64,000 nucleotides of DNA from a virus, in the IMG/VR virus record IMGVR_UViG_3300028840_005764, positions 1 through 64,000 of that record; one strand, written 5' to 3'. Positions 10,401 through 19,073 of the stretch are shown piece by piece. The notes under the pieces were generated by a model. That model worked only from the letters and a program-made list of their open reading frames with translations. It was not told the DNA's origin and made no database searches. Position numbers and translations under genes: made by a program. Numbering within the stretch: position 1 is the stretch's first letter; each line of letters opens with the position of its first letter.

Positions 10401-11792
10401 ACTGAATACAATGGGAATGCCGTAGCAGATGCCGGTAGTTGGATTGATGTCACCGGCGGTAGAATTGACTTCAGTGAATTTTCTTCCATAGATTCGTCTT
10501 CATATATCTACATAGATGAAGGTGGGCTTGGAAGTCAACGTGATGATGTAATCTTTGTTGACGCCGCTCGAGGCCATGATCTATTCAACGGTTCAGAAAA
10601 ATATCCTTACGCCACCATCGCTACAGCAATAACAAGAGCCATCGCCATTCAAACTGCTGACTCGGCACAAAGAGTCACCATCGAAGTCGCTTCAGGTACC
10701 TACACCGAGACACTGGACTTCAGCGACACCAACCTGCACAAGTTGGATTTGACTGCAGCTGCTGTCGATGTTGGTCTACCTTTCCGTCCTCGCCCGGTGT
10801 CTGTCACAGGCATCAACACAACAGCTGATAACGAGAATCTCGATCTGACAATAACAGGCTTCGTCTTTACTGGGGACGTAACGTACTCATGCGACGTTGC
10901 TGGTGCCAGCAACGATTCTTATCTGAGCTTCCACAAGTGTCAGTTTGCTGCGCTCCAGGACGCCACGTTCGGTTCACTGATCCTACTAACATTTGACGAT
11001 TGTCGTCTCAATACAGAAGCTCTTGCGATAACCAATGTTTTTGAAACCAGAGTGACAAATACCGTAATCGCTGGTGTGGGTAGTGGCACAAGAACTTGGG
11101 ATTGGGACGATACGGGAGTTATCCCGGACGTCTTTACCAGCGGTCGAATTCGGGTCGAGAATAGTTCTATTCTTTCTGCTATCACCTTGGCTAGGTCAGG
11201 GACGACAGGTGGTATAGATTTAATGTGTTATGGCGGCGCCCAGATAAGTCCCGTCGGGATTACGGTTCAAGCTGGGTGCGCGCTGAGCTTGAACACAGGA
11301 TCGTACCTCTATTCCTACACCAACGCCGATGACTTCCAGTCTGGTTCGACGCTGAATCTCTGGGGTGGTGTTCTTTTTGACAATCCTGCCGGTAGGACCC
11401 TCAGCGGCACGATCAACTACGAGGCTCCGTACTATACGGACAAGGTCATTCTGAATGATCGTTTGGAGTTCATCAATGGAGCTCGCTTCGTCAACGCTGT
11501 CAACGACGATGTGGATACGGGTACAGAGGATGTTGACACATTTGCCGATACACTAGGTGAAGGTGTTGACTGGGACTACGTGGTCAAGAAAGGTGCCAAC
11601 ACCAGAAAAGGTACGGTGTCGGCGGGATGGGAGTCCAGCACCGATACCATTACCCATACAGAAACGGGAGTGGAGGTTGGTGATACCTCCGACCTCACGT
11701 TCGACGTCGACATCAACTCCAACACAGTCAGGCTGCGGGCAACGGCAACCAGTGACAACTGGGAAGTACGTGTCGTGCGGCGCTTGGTCTAG
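7419..11792 (+). CDS. Large fibre/spike protein with four tandem beta-helix (pectin-lyase-like) units
   Basis: Four copies of xYV...G.D..NGS...PyxTIxxAI...GtYaE (DUF1565-like cap), each followed by beta-helix-like sequence (FxNCxF repeats). Confidence 0.75.
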   Translation: MTAFEDFVNTELPRRPAQLNQTITGYDGDPNDGGAPAILQGAPAGTNFLQATGNVYWRKRTTVADSWEQNDSIGPWAEVVGDDLYVGGVGADDSNPGTQAKPFETMAAAIAEAAVIQAAAPTQPVIIHVATGTYAENIVIENSDLRNLTIVGAVEDPRAVSSVTFQSLQSTVNNEELRTLRIIGIRFNSPSELSCPTTGSSNNFLYSLGLLFNCYFRSGGLTVQSANFLWTYASTFQGLTLRNVYSVVMQEGGWIYVPTYDFIIDADDTEAVPNLMDSVNQMQIEMRRGVRVLNPKSISITKTSWSGALNVYVFDGCQFTSNGTFTLGAGALLSLVRAWGSTGDTATINGQFYITQSGFEPYGMAVSSGGELGLTGFDAYVYAWGAVSTIASGATLYLWGGVLWNPWDYWTIDAGANVYFDPAEAREDVENLVHVSPKYGHDKYNGSQRYPVATIAAAIAKVVAIQTADSTKMVRVVVGIGTYAEPLTLENVNLHQLEVEAELDDTNSLGVIIQRITSAQDNENLEYLQISNIKFTAASTISCDVDGANNHLGDTGLNFKNCRFAGVTTLEACYIAWFKDCYFPQNISITNCGRVDFDACSQVQPGKKLIGIIDALANKNNNWYGYQVIYPYGESVLSAPDMSVINGDTGWIGVGIWTGSSIGATTEVGTFGDQTWVDLYVGAYLYGSAGSSFSSGSWVDFYGGILSSDYTIDPAATIAIDEGPTGPAAQRDDIIYVDGNLGHAGYNGSEKYPYKTIGDAITRAIAIQTADPTQHTQILVSSGAYAENLVLENTNLVSLELQAISEGSGTESRRVEMLNLTSTQDNENLEFLKIAGFEFTGDVNLSSDVAGSDFGSEEIVFDNCLFSKATGTFTLYSVNVIRFTNGCYVNQPAFNFTNCWNIIFEFRSLMRGTGSIVGVADESSLKPSGWTDITCGIVCSTGSALPSINLDTQNGSTVWIGGFCYGGRIGNQGGATDSYFGAYGWLAVEEGGQFTEYNGNAVADAGSWIDVTGGRIDFSEFSSIDSSSYIYIDEGGLGSQRDDVIFVDAARGHDLFNGSEKYPYATIATAITRAIAIQTADSAQRVTIEVASGTYTETLDFSDTNLHKLDLTAAAVDVGLPFRPRPVSVTGINTTADNENLDLTITGFVFTGDVTYSCDVAGASNDSYLSFHKCQFAALQDATFGSLILLTFDDCRLNTEALAITNVFETRVTNTVIAGVGSGTRTWDWDDTGVIPDVFTSGRIRVENSSILSAITLARSGTTGGIDLMCYGGAQISPVGITVQAGCALSLNTGSYLYSYTNADDFQSGSTLNLWGGVLFDNPAGRTLSGTINYEAPYYTDKVILNDRLEFINGARFVNAVNDDVDTGTEDVDTFADTLGEGVDWDYVVKKGANTRKGTVSAGWESSTDTITHTETGVEVGDTSDLTFDVDINSNTVRLRATATSDNWEVRVVRRLV

Positions 11793-11801
11793 GAGAGAGC
11801 T

Positions 11802-12257
11802 ATGTCCAAAGGCCTGTACATCATCAATGATAACTTTGCGATCACGCCTGAGGGTGGTTTTGCTTGCAAGTATACAAATGACACTGGAGCCGCCAGCGTC
11901 AAAGGCACTCTTGTCGACACCAGCGGCTCAGTAGATAACGGGGTCACGGTTGAAGGAGCTGATGGTCTTGACCCCATCGGCGCTATGTGGAGTGATGGTG
12001 TAGCTAATGGCAGTTCTGTCTGGGTTGTCATTGGTGGCCCGGCATACGTGTTATTGCAGGACAGTACTGCAGCTACACGTGGTTACTGGGTTCGTACTTC
12101 CGAAACAGCTGCCGGTAGAGCCGACGCCACTAACGCCGCACCCTCTGGAGGGACGATTGGGGCGTTGGAGGACCACATGTGCGAGATTGGTCACGCTATG
12201 GAGTCCGTGGCCGGTGGCACAGATGTGCTGGCTCTGGTCCATTTGCACTTCAACTAA
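11802..12257 (+). CDS. Small virion protein (capsid cement/fibre-base-like)
   Basis: TNDTGAASVKGTLV...PIG...GVANG..VWVVIGG pattern, SD AGGAG. Confidence 0.6.
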   Translation: MSKGLYIINDNFAITPEGGFACKYTNDTGAASVKGTLVDTSGSVDNGVTVEGADGLDPIGAMWSDGVANGSSVWVVIGGPAYVLLQDSTAATRGYWVRTSETAAGRADATNAAPSGGTIGALEDHMCEIGHAMESVAGGTDVLALVHLHFN

Positions 12258-12258
12258 G

Positions 12259-12474
12259 ATGAATGATATGAAAAAATCATATCAGCCACCAAAGATAGAA
12301 TCAGAATCTCTTTTTGATGGTTTTGCACAATTTCCTTGTTCATATCAACCGCAGTGTACTGGACAACCACCATGTATAAACATAAAAGAAAATATCATAT
12401 ATAATGATGTTGAACGTGTAACCATAAAAAAAGAATCCGAGGCAGACGATGGCTTCAGAAATTCATTATGTTGA
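12259..12474 (+). CDS. Small Cys-containing peptide with RiPP-leader-like N-terminus
   Basis: MNDMKKSYQPPKIESESLFDGFAQFPCSYQPQCTGQPPC... fills the gap between flanking genes. It is the 3' part of track ORF 12007..12474. Confidence 0.5.
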   Translation: MNDMKKSYQPPKIESESLFDGFAQFPCSYQPQCTGQPPCINIKENIIYNDVERVTIKKESEADDGFRNSLC

Positions 12475-12739
12475 AAACGATACGCTGCCGAAGCTGCAGT
12501 GTGTTTATACGGGCGTAGATTTGGGTGGGGCCACCGTTGAACTCCACATCGGATATGACGTGCCCTTGACGATTGTCGGTACGGTGACGGATCCACCGAA
12601 CGGCGAGTTCGAGTTTGGATATAATATTGGTGATCTTCAGACGGGTACATGGGAAGCCGAAATTCAAATTACTGATAATGCTGGTGAAGTGATTACTTTT
12701 CAAGGGCTTAAGTTCATTATTAAAGCACAGATTGCATGA
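12449..12739 (+). CDS. BppU-N-like Ig-fold virion protein
   Basis: NDTLP...VDLGGATV...VTDPPNGEF...GTWEAEIQIT..G.VITF pattern. Confidence 0.65.
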   Translation: MASEIHYVENDTLPKLQCVYTGVDLGGATVELHIGYDVPLTIVGTVTDPPNGEFEFGYNIGDLQTGTWEAEIQITDNAGEVITFQGLKFIIKAQIA

Positions 12740-13380
12740 CCATTTATCTAAATAGCGGACCTGCAGAAATCGCCCTCACGAAGGGCGATTGTCTTTGTGA
12801 ATTGACGCCTGGTTCATATCGTATTGAGTTGGTAAAAGGAACGAATGCTGTTGAATTATCTACTGCTGAAGCTAATTTAAGTCTCGAAACTTTGTCAGAT
12901 GGTGTGAACAAAGTTTATATTGAAGCAGAGCCAGAACAACAAGCTATTGAACTTGATACTGTTGATAACGTTGTTCAACTTGATGTTAGTCAAAATGCTG
13001 TCACACTCGAGAAGGAAGAATACACAGCTGAGATGTCAGCTGGCGCAGATATTGTTGAACTTAGTGTTGATGCGATAGTTCAACCAATACAACAGATTGT
13101 ATATACAACTGATAGATTGACAGGGCGTCCTTTAATAGGCGTTCAAGATGATAGTAATAGGACTTTCACAACTTATGAAAAATTTGTACCGGAATCGGCT
13201 GAATTATTTCATAATGGTAGAAGACTAACGCGTTCAGACACAGATAATTTGCTACTAGGGGATTATTTTTGTGTAGAAAGTGGAGGGGCGGGAACTGGTT
13301 ACAACACAATAATTTTTCTTAGAATGTCACCAGCAGAAAGATCAGTTATAAGAATAAACTATGTTCCCGTTTTCTTTTAG
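12736..13380 (+). CDS. Virion protein with acidic repetitive N-terminus and small beta C-terminal domain
   Basis: ATGA overlap. C-terminal LIGVQDDSNRTFT...LFHNGRRL...DY...ESGGAGTGYNTI domain typical of phage fibres. Confidence 0.65.
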   Translation: MTIYLNSGPAEIALTKGDCLCELTPGSYRIELVKGTNAVELSTAEANLSLETLSDGVNKVYIEAEPEQQAIELDTVDNVVQLDVSQNAVTLEKEEYTAEMSAGADIVELSVDAIVQPIQQIVYTTDRLTGRPLIGVQDDSNRTFTTYEKFVPESAELFHNGRRLTRSDTDNLLLGDYFCVESGGAGTGYNTIIFLRMSPAERSVIRINYVPVFF

Positions 13381-13391
13381 GAGGAAGAAAG

Positions 13392-15356
13392 ATGCCTACG
13401 ACTCTGTACAATCTCATCGACCAGGCGCTTGACATTGCCGGGTCATACACACACGACGCGGCCATGGACTGGGACGAGGAGGACAGCTATCTTGGGCGTC
13501 CTTTGTCTGGTCAGTCGGGTTCAACTGCCAGCATCATCACTGGCGCAGGTGCCGGTGAGGCACGTGTGGATGGCGTCAGCGGTATGACAGCCGCTGATGA
13601 AGGGAAGTTCCTCACCATCAGTGGAGCCGCTTCTGGCGCCAACAACGGTACGTTCATCATCTCCAACGTCGTGGATGCGGATACCGTTGATGTGGTCAAT
13701 GCCAGCGCCGTGATTCCAGACGGCAACAACGGCTCAATTGCTTGGGTCGAGCGATACCCGTACAGCGCGGAAGACGATTTCAACTATATTCGTACCGACC
13801 GCCAAGCCATCAAGGGTGTGGACTACCACGCAGCAGTCCCGACGTATGAACGGCCAGATGCCGTTGGCACGGATGTGGACGCCAACCTTGCAAATCTCGC
13901 GGGCAAGACGGCTGATGCCTTGGCCACGGTGCGTAACGTCTACACCGAGGACGTCGCACTACCACCGTCCATTGCCGACGGTGATGGCAATGTGCTCATC
14001 AGTGATGAAACATTTACGACAACCAACTTCCACTTCACTAGTGACGACGTTGACAGCTTCGTCACGCTCACCGACGGCACGGCAGTCGGGGCCACAGGCA
14101 CGTACCGAGTCAAGACCGTAACAGACGGTCAAACGCTTGAGCTTGATGGTCTGGCAGCGACCGGCGCGGGTACTGTCACCTGGGTCCGCGAGGGCGATCT
14201 CAAGGGCATCTCGACCAGTCGTGATTATGCTGATGCCGTTGATCGCACTGGTGTACCGATCGCGGATAGTGGCGCTGAAGACGAGACGGTGTACGACGCC
14301 ACGTTCATCGAAGTGCTTGAGGAACTTTCAACCGGCGGAAAAGCCACCGTCGAGAGTGAGGCTGCACTTCGTATCTTTGGTCGTAGTTTCGGTGATGAGA
14401 AGGATCCCAATCGCACCGTCACAAACGAGGGCAGCAGACTTTTCATGCAGCTCAAGACCGGTGACAACGATGGTTCGGCCACCGACTCATCCGTCGAACC
14501 GATCTCAGGACGGAGTGGCAGTGCTGCGAGCTTGCCGGGCAGCAACACCAACGTCACTGGCTTGACTGGAATGTCAGAAGCCGATATCGGCTTGTACATT
14601 ACAATCTGGAATCTCGCGGCTGACGAGGCTGGGCACTACAAAATCACTGCCGTGCCGTCAGCAAGTAGCGTGACCGTTGAGCGAGGTTCCAACTTCACGG
14701 CGGATGCCTCTGGTGCCATCGAATGGCAAATCAGCCGTCACAGCGGAGTTCTTTTCACATTTCACGGTGATCGCTTCCGCAATGACAATTTGTCGGAAAC
14801 CTGGGGTCGTGCCGTTCTCGTAGGTGGTAGTGGTGGCACCAGCGAGCTGGTCGTTGACATCGACCAAATTCGTGATTCCATTGGGATCCAGGATGGTGAT
14901 ACCGACCTCAGCGCGTACCTCACCAATACCGGGAACTACTTCACGTTTGTGGATTTGCCTGATGCGACTCCAAGCGTGGTGGAAGCTCTCAACGTACTCA
15001 ATGAGCAGATTGGCAATAGGACATACACGAGTTCGTTGCTGACTGATGGTCAAACTATTACCGCCAGTATTGAAGCAATTGCCAATGCCATCGACGATGT
15101 TAGTGTCGTAAGATACATTGAAGTAGCATCAACAGATATCAACGTAGGAACAAGTCATACGCTTCCTGGCAGCGCGTCCTACACACTTGATGGTACTGGT
15201 AATGGACGTAATATGTGGTTCTTCAGTCGTGGAATTCTACGACATCCTGGAACCGACCCGTCGTACTACGAATATGAAGAAGAAAGTACAACTACAATCC
15301 TAGTGAAACGTAAAATCAAAGCCGATGACGTTATGGACTTCTTCATTCTGAAGTAA
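13392..15356 (+). CDS. Virion structural protein with three repeated beta-barrel modules
   Basis: SD AGGAGG, GC3-rich. Three repeats of xD.GxxxTIxxxxxxxxGxYxI. Confidence 0.75.
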   Translation: MPTTLYNLIDQALDIAGSYTHDAAMDWDEEDSYLGRPLSGQSGSTASIITGAGAGEARVDGVSGMTAADEGKFLTISGAASGANNGTFIISNVVDADTVDVVNASAVIPDGNNGSIAWVERYPYSAEDDFNYIRTDRQAIKGVDYHAAVPTYERPDAVGTDVDANLANLAGKTADALATVRNVYTEDVALPPSIADGDGNVLISDETFTTTNFHFTSDDVDSFVTLTDGTAVGATGTYRVKTVTDGQTLELDGLAATGAGTVTWVREGDLKGISTSRDYADAVDRTGVPIADSGAEDETVYDATFIEVLEELSTGGKATVESEAALRIFGRSFGDEKDPNRTVTNEGSRLFMQLKTGDNDGSATDSSVEPISGRSGSAASLPGSNTNVTGLTGMSEADIGLYITIWNLAADEAGHYKITAVPSASSVTVERGSNFTADASGAIEWQISRHSGVLFTFHGDRFRNDNLSETWGRAVLVGGSGGTSELVVDIDQIRDSIGIQDGDTDLSAYLTNTGNYFTFVDLPDATPSVVEALNVLNEQIGNRTYTSSLLTDGQTITASIEAIANAIDDVSVVRYIEVASTDINVGTSHTLPGSASYTLDGTGNGRNMWFFSRGILRHPGTDPSYYEYEEESTTTILVKRKIKADDVMDFFILK

Positions 15357-15362
15357 TCTTGA

Positions 15363-15575
15363 ATGTTAAAGGCAGATTTAACCATTGTGCAGGTCCCTGC
15401 ACCACCTGATCGGTGGTGTCAGGGACATATGCGCAATGTTCCTAAAGATGCCAAATATCATGATGCTCCAATAAGATTTTTTCATATAGTTGGCGACAAC
15501 ATAGATATGGTCATATGTGAACCATGTTTAGTGATTGCCAGCGCCATAAAAGATAAAAAGAAAAAAGGATTATAA
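15363..15575 (+). CDS. Small putative zinc-binding protein
   Basis: WCQGH...ICEPC (CxxH/CxxC). Fills an operon gap. Confidence 0.55.
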   Translation: MLKADLTIVQVPAPPDRWCQGHMRNVPKDAKYHDAPIRFFHIVGDNIDMVICEPCLVIASAIKDKKKKGL

Positions 15576-15579
15576 AACC

Positions 15580-16041
15580 ATGAGTGAAAAAGAAACCAAC
15601 AACAGGCTAAACCAACTACAACAAATCAGGAATGGTGGTCTATCTGACCATCAACAATCTCTTCAACGTCTGAAAGTTGAATTTGCAAGATATGTTGAAT
15701 TAACAAGTTTGACGCCAGAAACGGCGTTAGCACCATTAATGGACGTGGTGAAGGAAGCCGAACGTCTACGACGCAATGAAATTTCTGGTGCAGAGCGCAT
15801 GGAACGTCAGGCGGCAGCATCACGGTCCAAAGCCGACGGCTATGCTATGATAAGCTCTATCGTCCTGAATGTAGTCAATAGATACATTCAAGGCGCAGAA
15901 CGTGAGATAGAAGAGCGCAGGATGTTGGAGGAACGCGAAGGGCGTGAAGAGGACAAAAAACGTGGAGTTTCTGAAGAAATAGCAGAATCTCCACCCAAGA
16001 AAAAAACCAATAAAAGACCTAGAAAGAAAAAGGCTGAATGA
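15580..16041 (+). CDS. Hypothetical coiled-coil protein with basic tail
   Basis: Helical heptads, ATGA overlap with the next gene. Confidence 0.65.
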   Translation: MSEKETNNRLNQLQQIRNGGLSDHQQSLQRLKVEFARYVELTSLTPETALAPLMDVVKEAERLRRNEISGAERMERQAAASRSKADGYAMISSIVLNVVNRYIQGAEREIEERRMLEEREGREEDKKRGVSEEIAESPPKKKTNKRPRKKKAE

Positions 16042-16535
16042 CGTTATCGCGCAAAGATATTGGCGATCTTGAGATCATTGATGCTGAAGAACTGCTCAGC
16101 GATGGTACAGTTGAATACCATTCTGATGACGTGACTTCAGTTGTATCTGGCGTAGTAACTGTATCCAATGACGACCTGAGAAATCCCGATATAGCTCCAG
16201 AAGTAGATGATATTTTTGTATTAACTGGTGCTACTGCTGGCAATGGTACTTATACTATAAATACCGTAACAGGCGCTTATACTTTCACTGTGAATGAAGC
16301 AATTCCAGATAGTACTGGGGGAAGTGCTAGTTTTCGTCATCCATCTGGAGCTTTGAAAGTTGGGGTCGATCCATCGCAACTTTACAACTCTACACAGACT
16401 AATTTGCAAGGAGTAATCGAGGATATCGATGCAGTTGCTGGAGGAACTGCGGACCTTGGTAAGTATATAATCACTACAGAAGGTGGTATCGTCTATACAA
16501 ATGACGGTGACCTTGTGCTTAAGGTGGCAGCATAA
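16038..16535 (+). CDS. Virion protein with one copy of the shared beta-barrel module
   Basis: EVDDIFVLTGATAGNGTYTINTV motif. Coupled overlaps at both ends. Confidence 0.65.
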   Translation: MTLSRKDIGDLEIIDAEELLSDGTVEYHSDDVTSVVSGVVTVSNDDLRNPDIAPEVDDIFVLTGATAGNGTYTINTVTGAYTFTVNEAIPDSTGGSASFRHPSGALKVGVDPSQLYNSTQTNLQGVIEDIDAVAGGTADLGKYIITTEGGIVYTNDGDLVLKVAA

Positions 16536-17440
16536 TGGCTACATCACTACATAAAAATCTTGTTGATTCTGAGCTGCACGAGGCCAAAGGTGCGGCAGGT
16601 GCCAGCGTCAACCAAGTGCTGACAGCGGTTGGTGATGGTACCGCAACATTTCAAGATCTAGTTAGTCATGCGTCGACACATGAGGACGGCGGGGCTGATG
16701 AAATTAGTGTTGCTGGGCTCTCTGGCCAGCTGGCTGATGACCAACCGGCATTAGCACATGATTTAGGTGGTTCTAAGCATAATGTTGATACATTGGCTAA
16801 TCTCAATTCAAAAATATCAGATGCCACTTTAGATGATTCAAGTTCTGCACGTACGCCTACAGCGCACGCTTCCACGCATCAAAATGGTGGAGCTGATGAA
16901 ATAAGTGTTGCTGGTTTGAGTGGTACACTTGCAGATGAACAGGATGCAGGAAGTATCAAAGGAGTCACTGTAGACGATACAGACATCGCTGATGGGAAGA
17001 TCCTTAAGTACAATTCGACAAGTGGCAATCTTGAATATGAAGACGAGGGTGGTGCGGGGGCTGTTTTTGGGACGCAGTATCAGCAAGAAGAATCATCTGG
17101 CGAGAGTTCGACCACATCGTCTACGTTCCAGGATAAGTTGTCTTTGACTACACCAACAGTTCCTGCTGGTACTTATCGAGTTGGTTGGACAGCTATGTTT
17201 TCCAATGTAGATAGGGCGGGCGAGGCCCGTCTTTATAATTCTACTGACACTGTGATGCTGGGTGGTCTGAAGCAGTATAGACCAAAAACTTCAGATATAT
17301 ATGAGACGATCACAGACTTTGTCGAGGTAACATTTTCATCCAGTGGTTCAAAAACATTTGTGATTCAATGGCGTGATGTACTCAGTGGTAATACGCAGTC
17401 GATTAAAGAAGCGCGTATTGAATTTTGGAGGATTGTATGA
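16535..17440 (+). CDS. Fibre protein with His-containing repeats
   Basis: Two HASTH(E/Q)xGGADEISVAGLSG repeats and a C-terminal jelly-roll-like tip. Confidence 0.7.
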   Translation: MATSLHKNLVDSELHEAKGAAGASVNQVLTAVGDGTATFQDLVSHASTHEDGGADEISVAGLSGQLADDQPALAHDLGGSKHNVDTLANLNSKISDATLDDSSSARTPTAHASTHQNGGADEISVAGLSGTLADEQDAGSIKGVTVDDTDIADGKILKYNSTSGNLEYEDEGGAGAVFGTQYQQEESSGESSTTSSTFQDKLSLTTPTVPAGTYRVGWTAMFSNVDRAGEARLYNSTDTVMLGGLKQYRPKTSDIYETITDFVEVTFSSSGSKTFVIQWRDVLSGNTQSIKEARIEFWRIV

Positions 17441-18048
17441 GCTGGTCTAACACGTATTCGGTGTCGGAAGATTTTTCCAATGGTGTTGCGCTTAATAAAT
17501 TTCATGGCGAAATCGTAGCTTTAGAAATTGGTAGTGCAACATTTCAAGGTGTCAATATTGCTGGTGATGATTGCGCAGTCGTCTTTTCCGCGGAACCCTC
17601 TGCGGCCGACAAAGTTCTAGTCGACGGCGCTGTGGCCTCACATGATGGTATACCAGCTCCAGTGTATGAATATGTTACATCTTCTAAGGTTAGCGCCGGT
17701 GTCATCAATATAACTGAAGATGAAGATTGGCAGGATATAGACGGCCAGGTAACGACTGCCGCATTTTTTGTTACTCAAGCGTCAGATGCTCTTGGGAAAT
17801 GGGTTGGTTCGGTAAAAGTAAGTGGTACTGGGGCACAGATACGTGCTATCTGGGCGAGTGATTCCGCAGAGCTAAAAACGCCTCATTCTGTGGCGGATAC
17901 CTCTGGCGCGTGGACACCTATTACGTTTTTCTCTGATGGCGCATTCAAACTAGGCACTGATGATATCGTAATACAAGCAAGATTAAATGGGGCTTCGAGT
18001 TTTCAAATACGCCATAGTTCAGTAACATTTTTGAGGAAATCTGTATAA
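17437..18048 (+). CDS. Fibre-associated protein
   Basis: SD GGAGG and ATGA overlap give start 17437. Beta-rich C-terminal domain. Confidence 0.65.
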   Translation: MSWSNTYSVSEDFSNGVALNKFHGEIVALEIGSATFQGVNIAGDDCAVVFSAEPSAADKVLVDGAVASHDGIPAPVYEYVTSSKVSAGVINITEDEDWQDIDGQVTTAAFFVTQASDALGKWVGSVKVSGTGAQIRAIWASDSAELKTPHSVADTSGAWTPITFFSDGAFKLGTDDIVIQARLNGASSFQIRHSSVTFLRKSV

Positions 18049-18052
18049 GTTT

Positions 18053-18580
18053 ATGGGGGCTGTGATGAAGATTTTGATCGTGGAAGATGATCAAGATACC
18101 GCCAGAGCCATGCAAATAGTTTTAGTGAAGTTGGGCAATATAGTTTTTAAATCTAGTACTTTGAAGAATGCTATACATCTATATAAAACACACAGTATTG
18201 ATATAATCATTCTTGATTTGAGTATTTTGGATAGTAGGGGTTTAGAAACAGCTTATACGATTAAAAAATATTTAACTAGAAATACTGTTTTAATTGTTTA
18301 TACCGCTAGACAAGAATTGTTGGACAAATCTTTAGAAATGGGTGTTGATGAATTTTTGGTGAAAGGTGATTTTACACCTCTTGATTTACCTGGGATTATC
18401 GAACAAGCAATAATGAATAAGAGAATGGCTACGGCAGTGGAGAGAAATGAACGCATGTTGAATGGCGAGGAAATTACTCAGCCTGGTGTAGTGCGCGACG
18501 CCGGTAACGTTGGCGATAAACTATTGGAGGTTGCTGAAGAAATAAGATTGACAAGTACTGTTTTGATTGGGGACGGTTAA
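18053..18580 (+). CDS. Stand-alone response regulator receiver (CheY-like) protein
   Basis: KILIVEDD acidic pocket, IILD phospho-acceptor Asp (LDLSILDSRGLET), IVYT Thr, GVDEFLVK Lys. About 50-aa tail with no recognisable output domain. Start may be 18065. Confidence 0.85.
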   Translation: MGAVMKILIVEDDQDTARAMQIVLVKLGNIVFKSSTLKNAIHLYKTHSIDIIILDLSILDSRGLETAYTIKKYLTRNTVLIVYTARQELLDKSLEMGVDEFLVKGDFTPLDLPGIIEQAIMNKRMATAVERNERMLNGEEITQPGVVRDAGNVGDKLLEVAEEIRLTSTVLIGDG

Positions 18581-18584
18581 TACG

Positions 18585-19073
18585 ATGGCATCAAAAGACA
18601 GTGGTATTAGCAGCGCTTTGTTAACTCGAATAGCAGATAGTCTCGAGGAGAATGGTTCTGCGTTGAAAACAGCTCGTGCTGAAAATATGAGGGTAAATGT
18701 ACAGCTTGCTCAATTAACTACAAATCTTGAAACTTTTACTAATTCTGTCAATGCGCGTTTAGATCGACTTGAAGCCAGGATAGAAGGAAATGGTGGCCCT
18801 GGTATCAAAACAAGCGTCGCTTTGTTAATAAAGAGATTAGATGATTTGGAAATCGATGTAAATGGGATAGAAAAAAGTAAGAAGATTAGTGCAGAAAAAC
18901 GAATCGATTCGTTAGAAGCACAGAAAAGGGCGGATAAAAATTTTCGTTGGACTACGTTTATCGCTATTGCTGCTATTTTGATTTCATTATCATCTTCTAT
19001 TGGTAATTGCGCACCGAAAATCGTCAGCATGTTTAGTGAAAAATCGCCACAACCATCTGGAACAACACCGTGA
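18585..19073 (+). CDS. Coiled-coil protein with C-terminal TM (XhlA/holin-like architecture)
   Basis: Heptad coiled coil with GNGGPG motif, then TM WTTFIAIAAILISLSSSI. GTGA overlap with patatin. Confidence 0.6.
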   Translation: MASKDSGISSALLTRIADSLEENGSALKTARAENMRVNVQLAQLTTNLETFTNSVNARLDRLEARIEGNGGPGIKTSVALLIKRLDDLEIDVNGIEKSKKISAEKRIDSLEAQKRADKNFRWTTFIAIAAILISLSSSIGNCAPKIVSMFSEKSPQPSGTTP

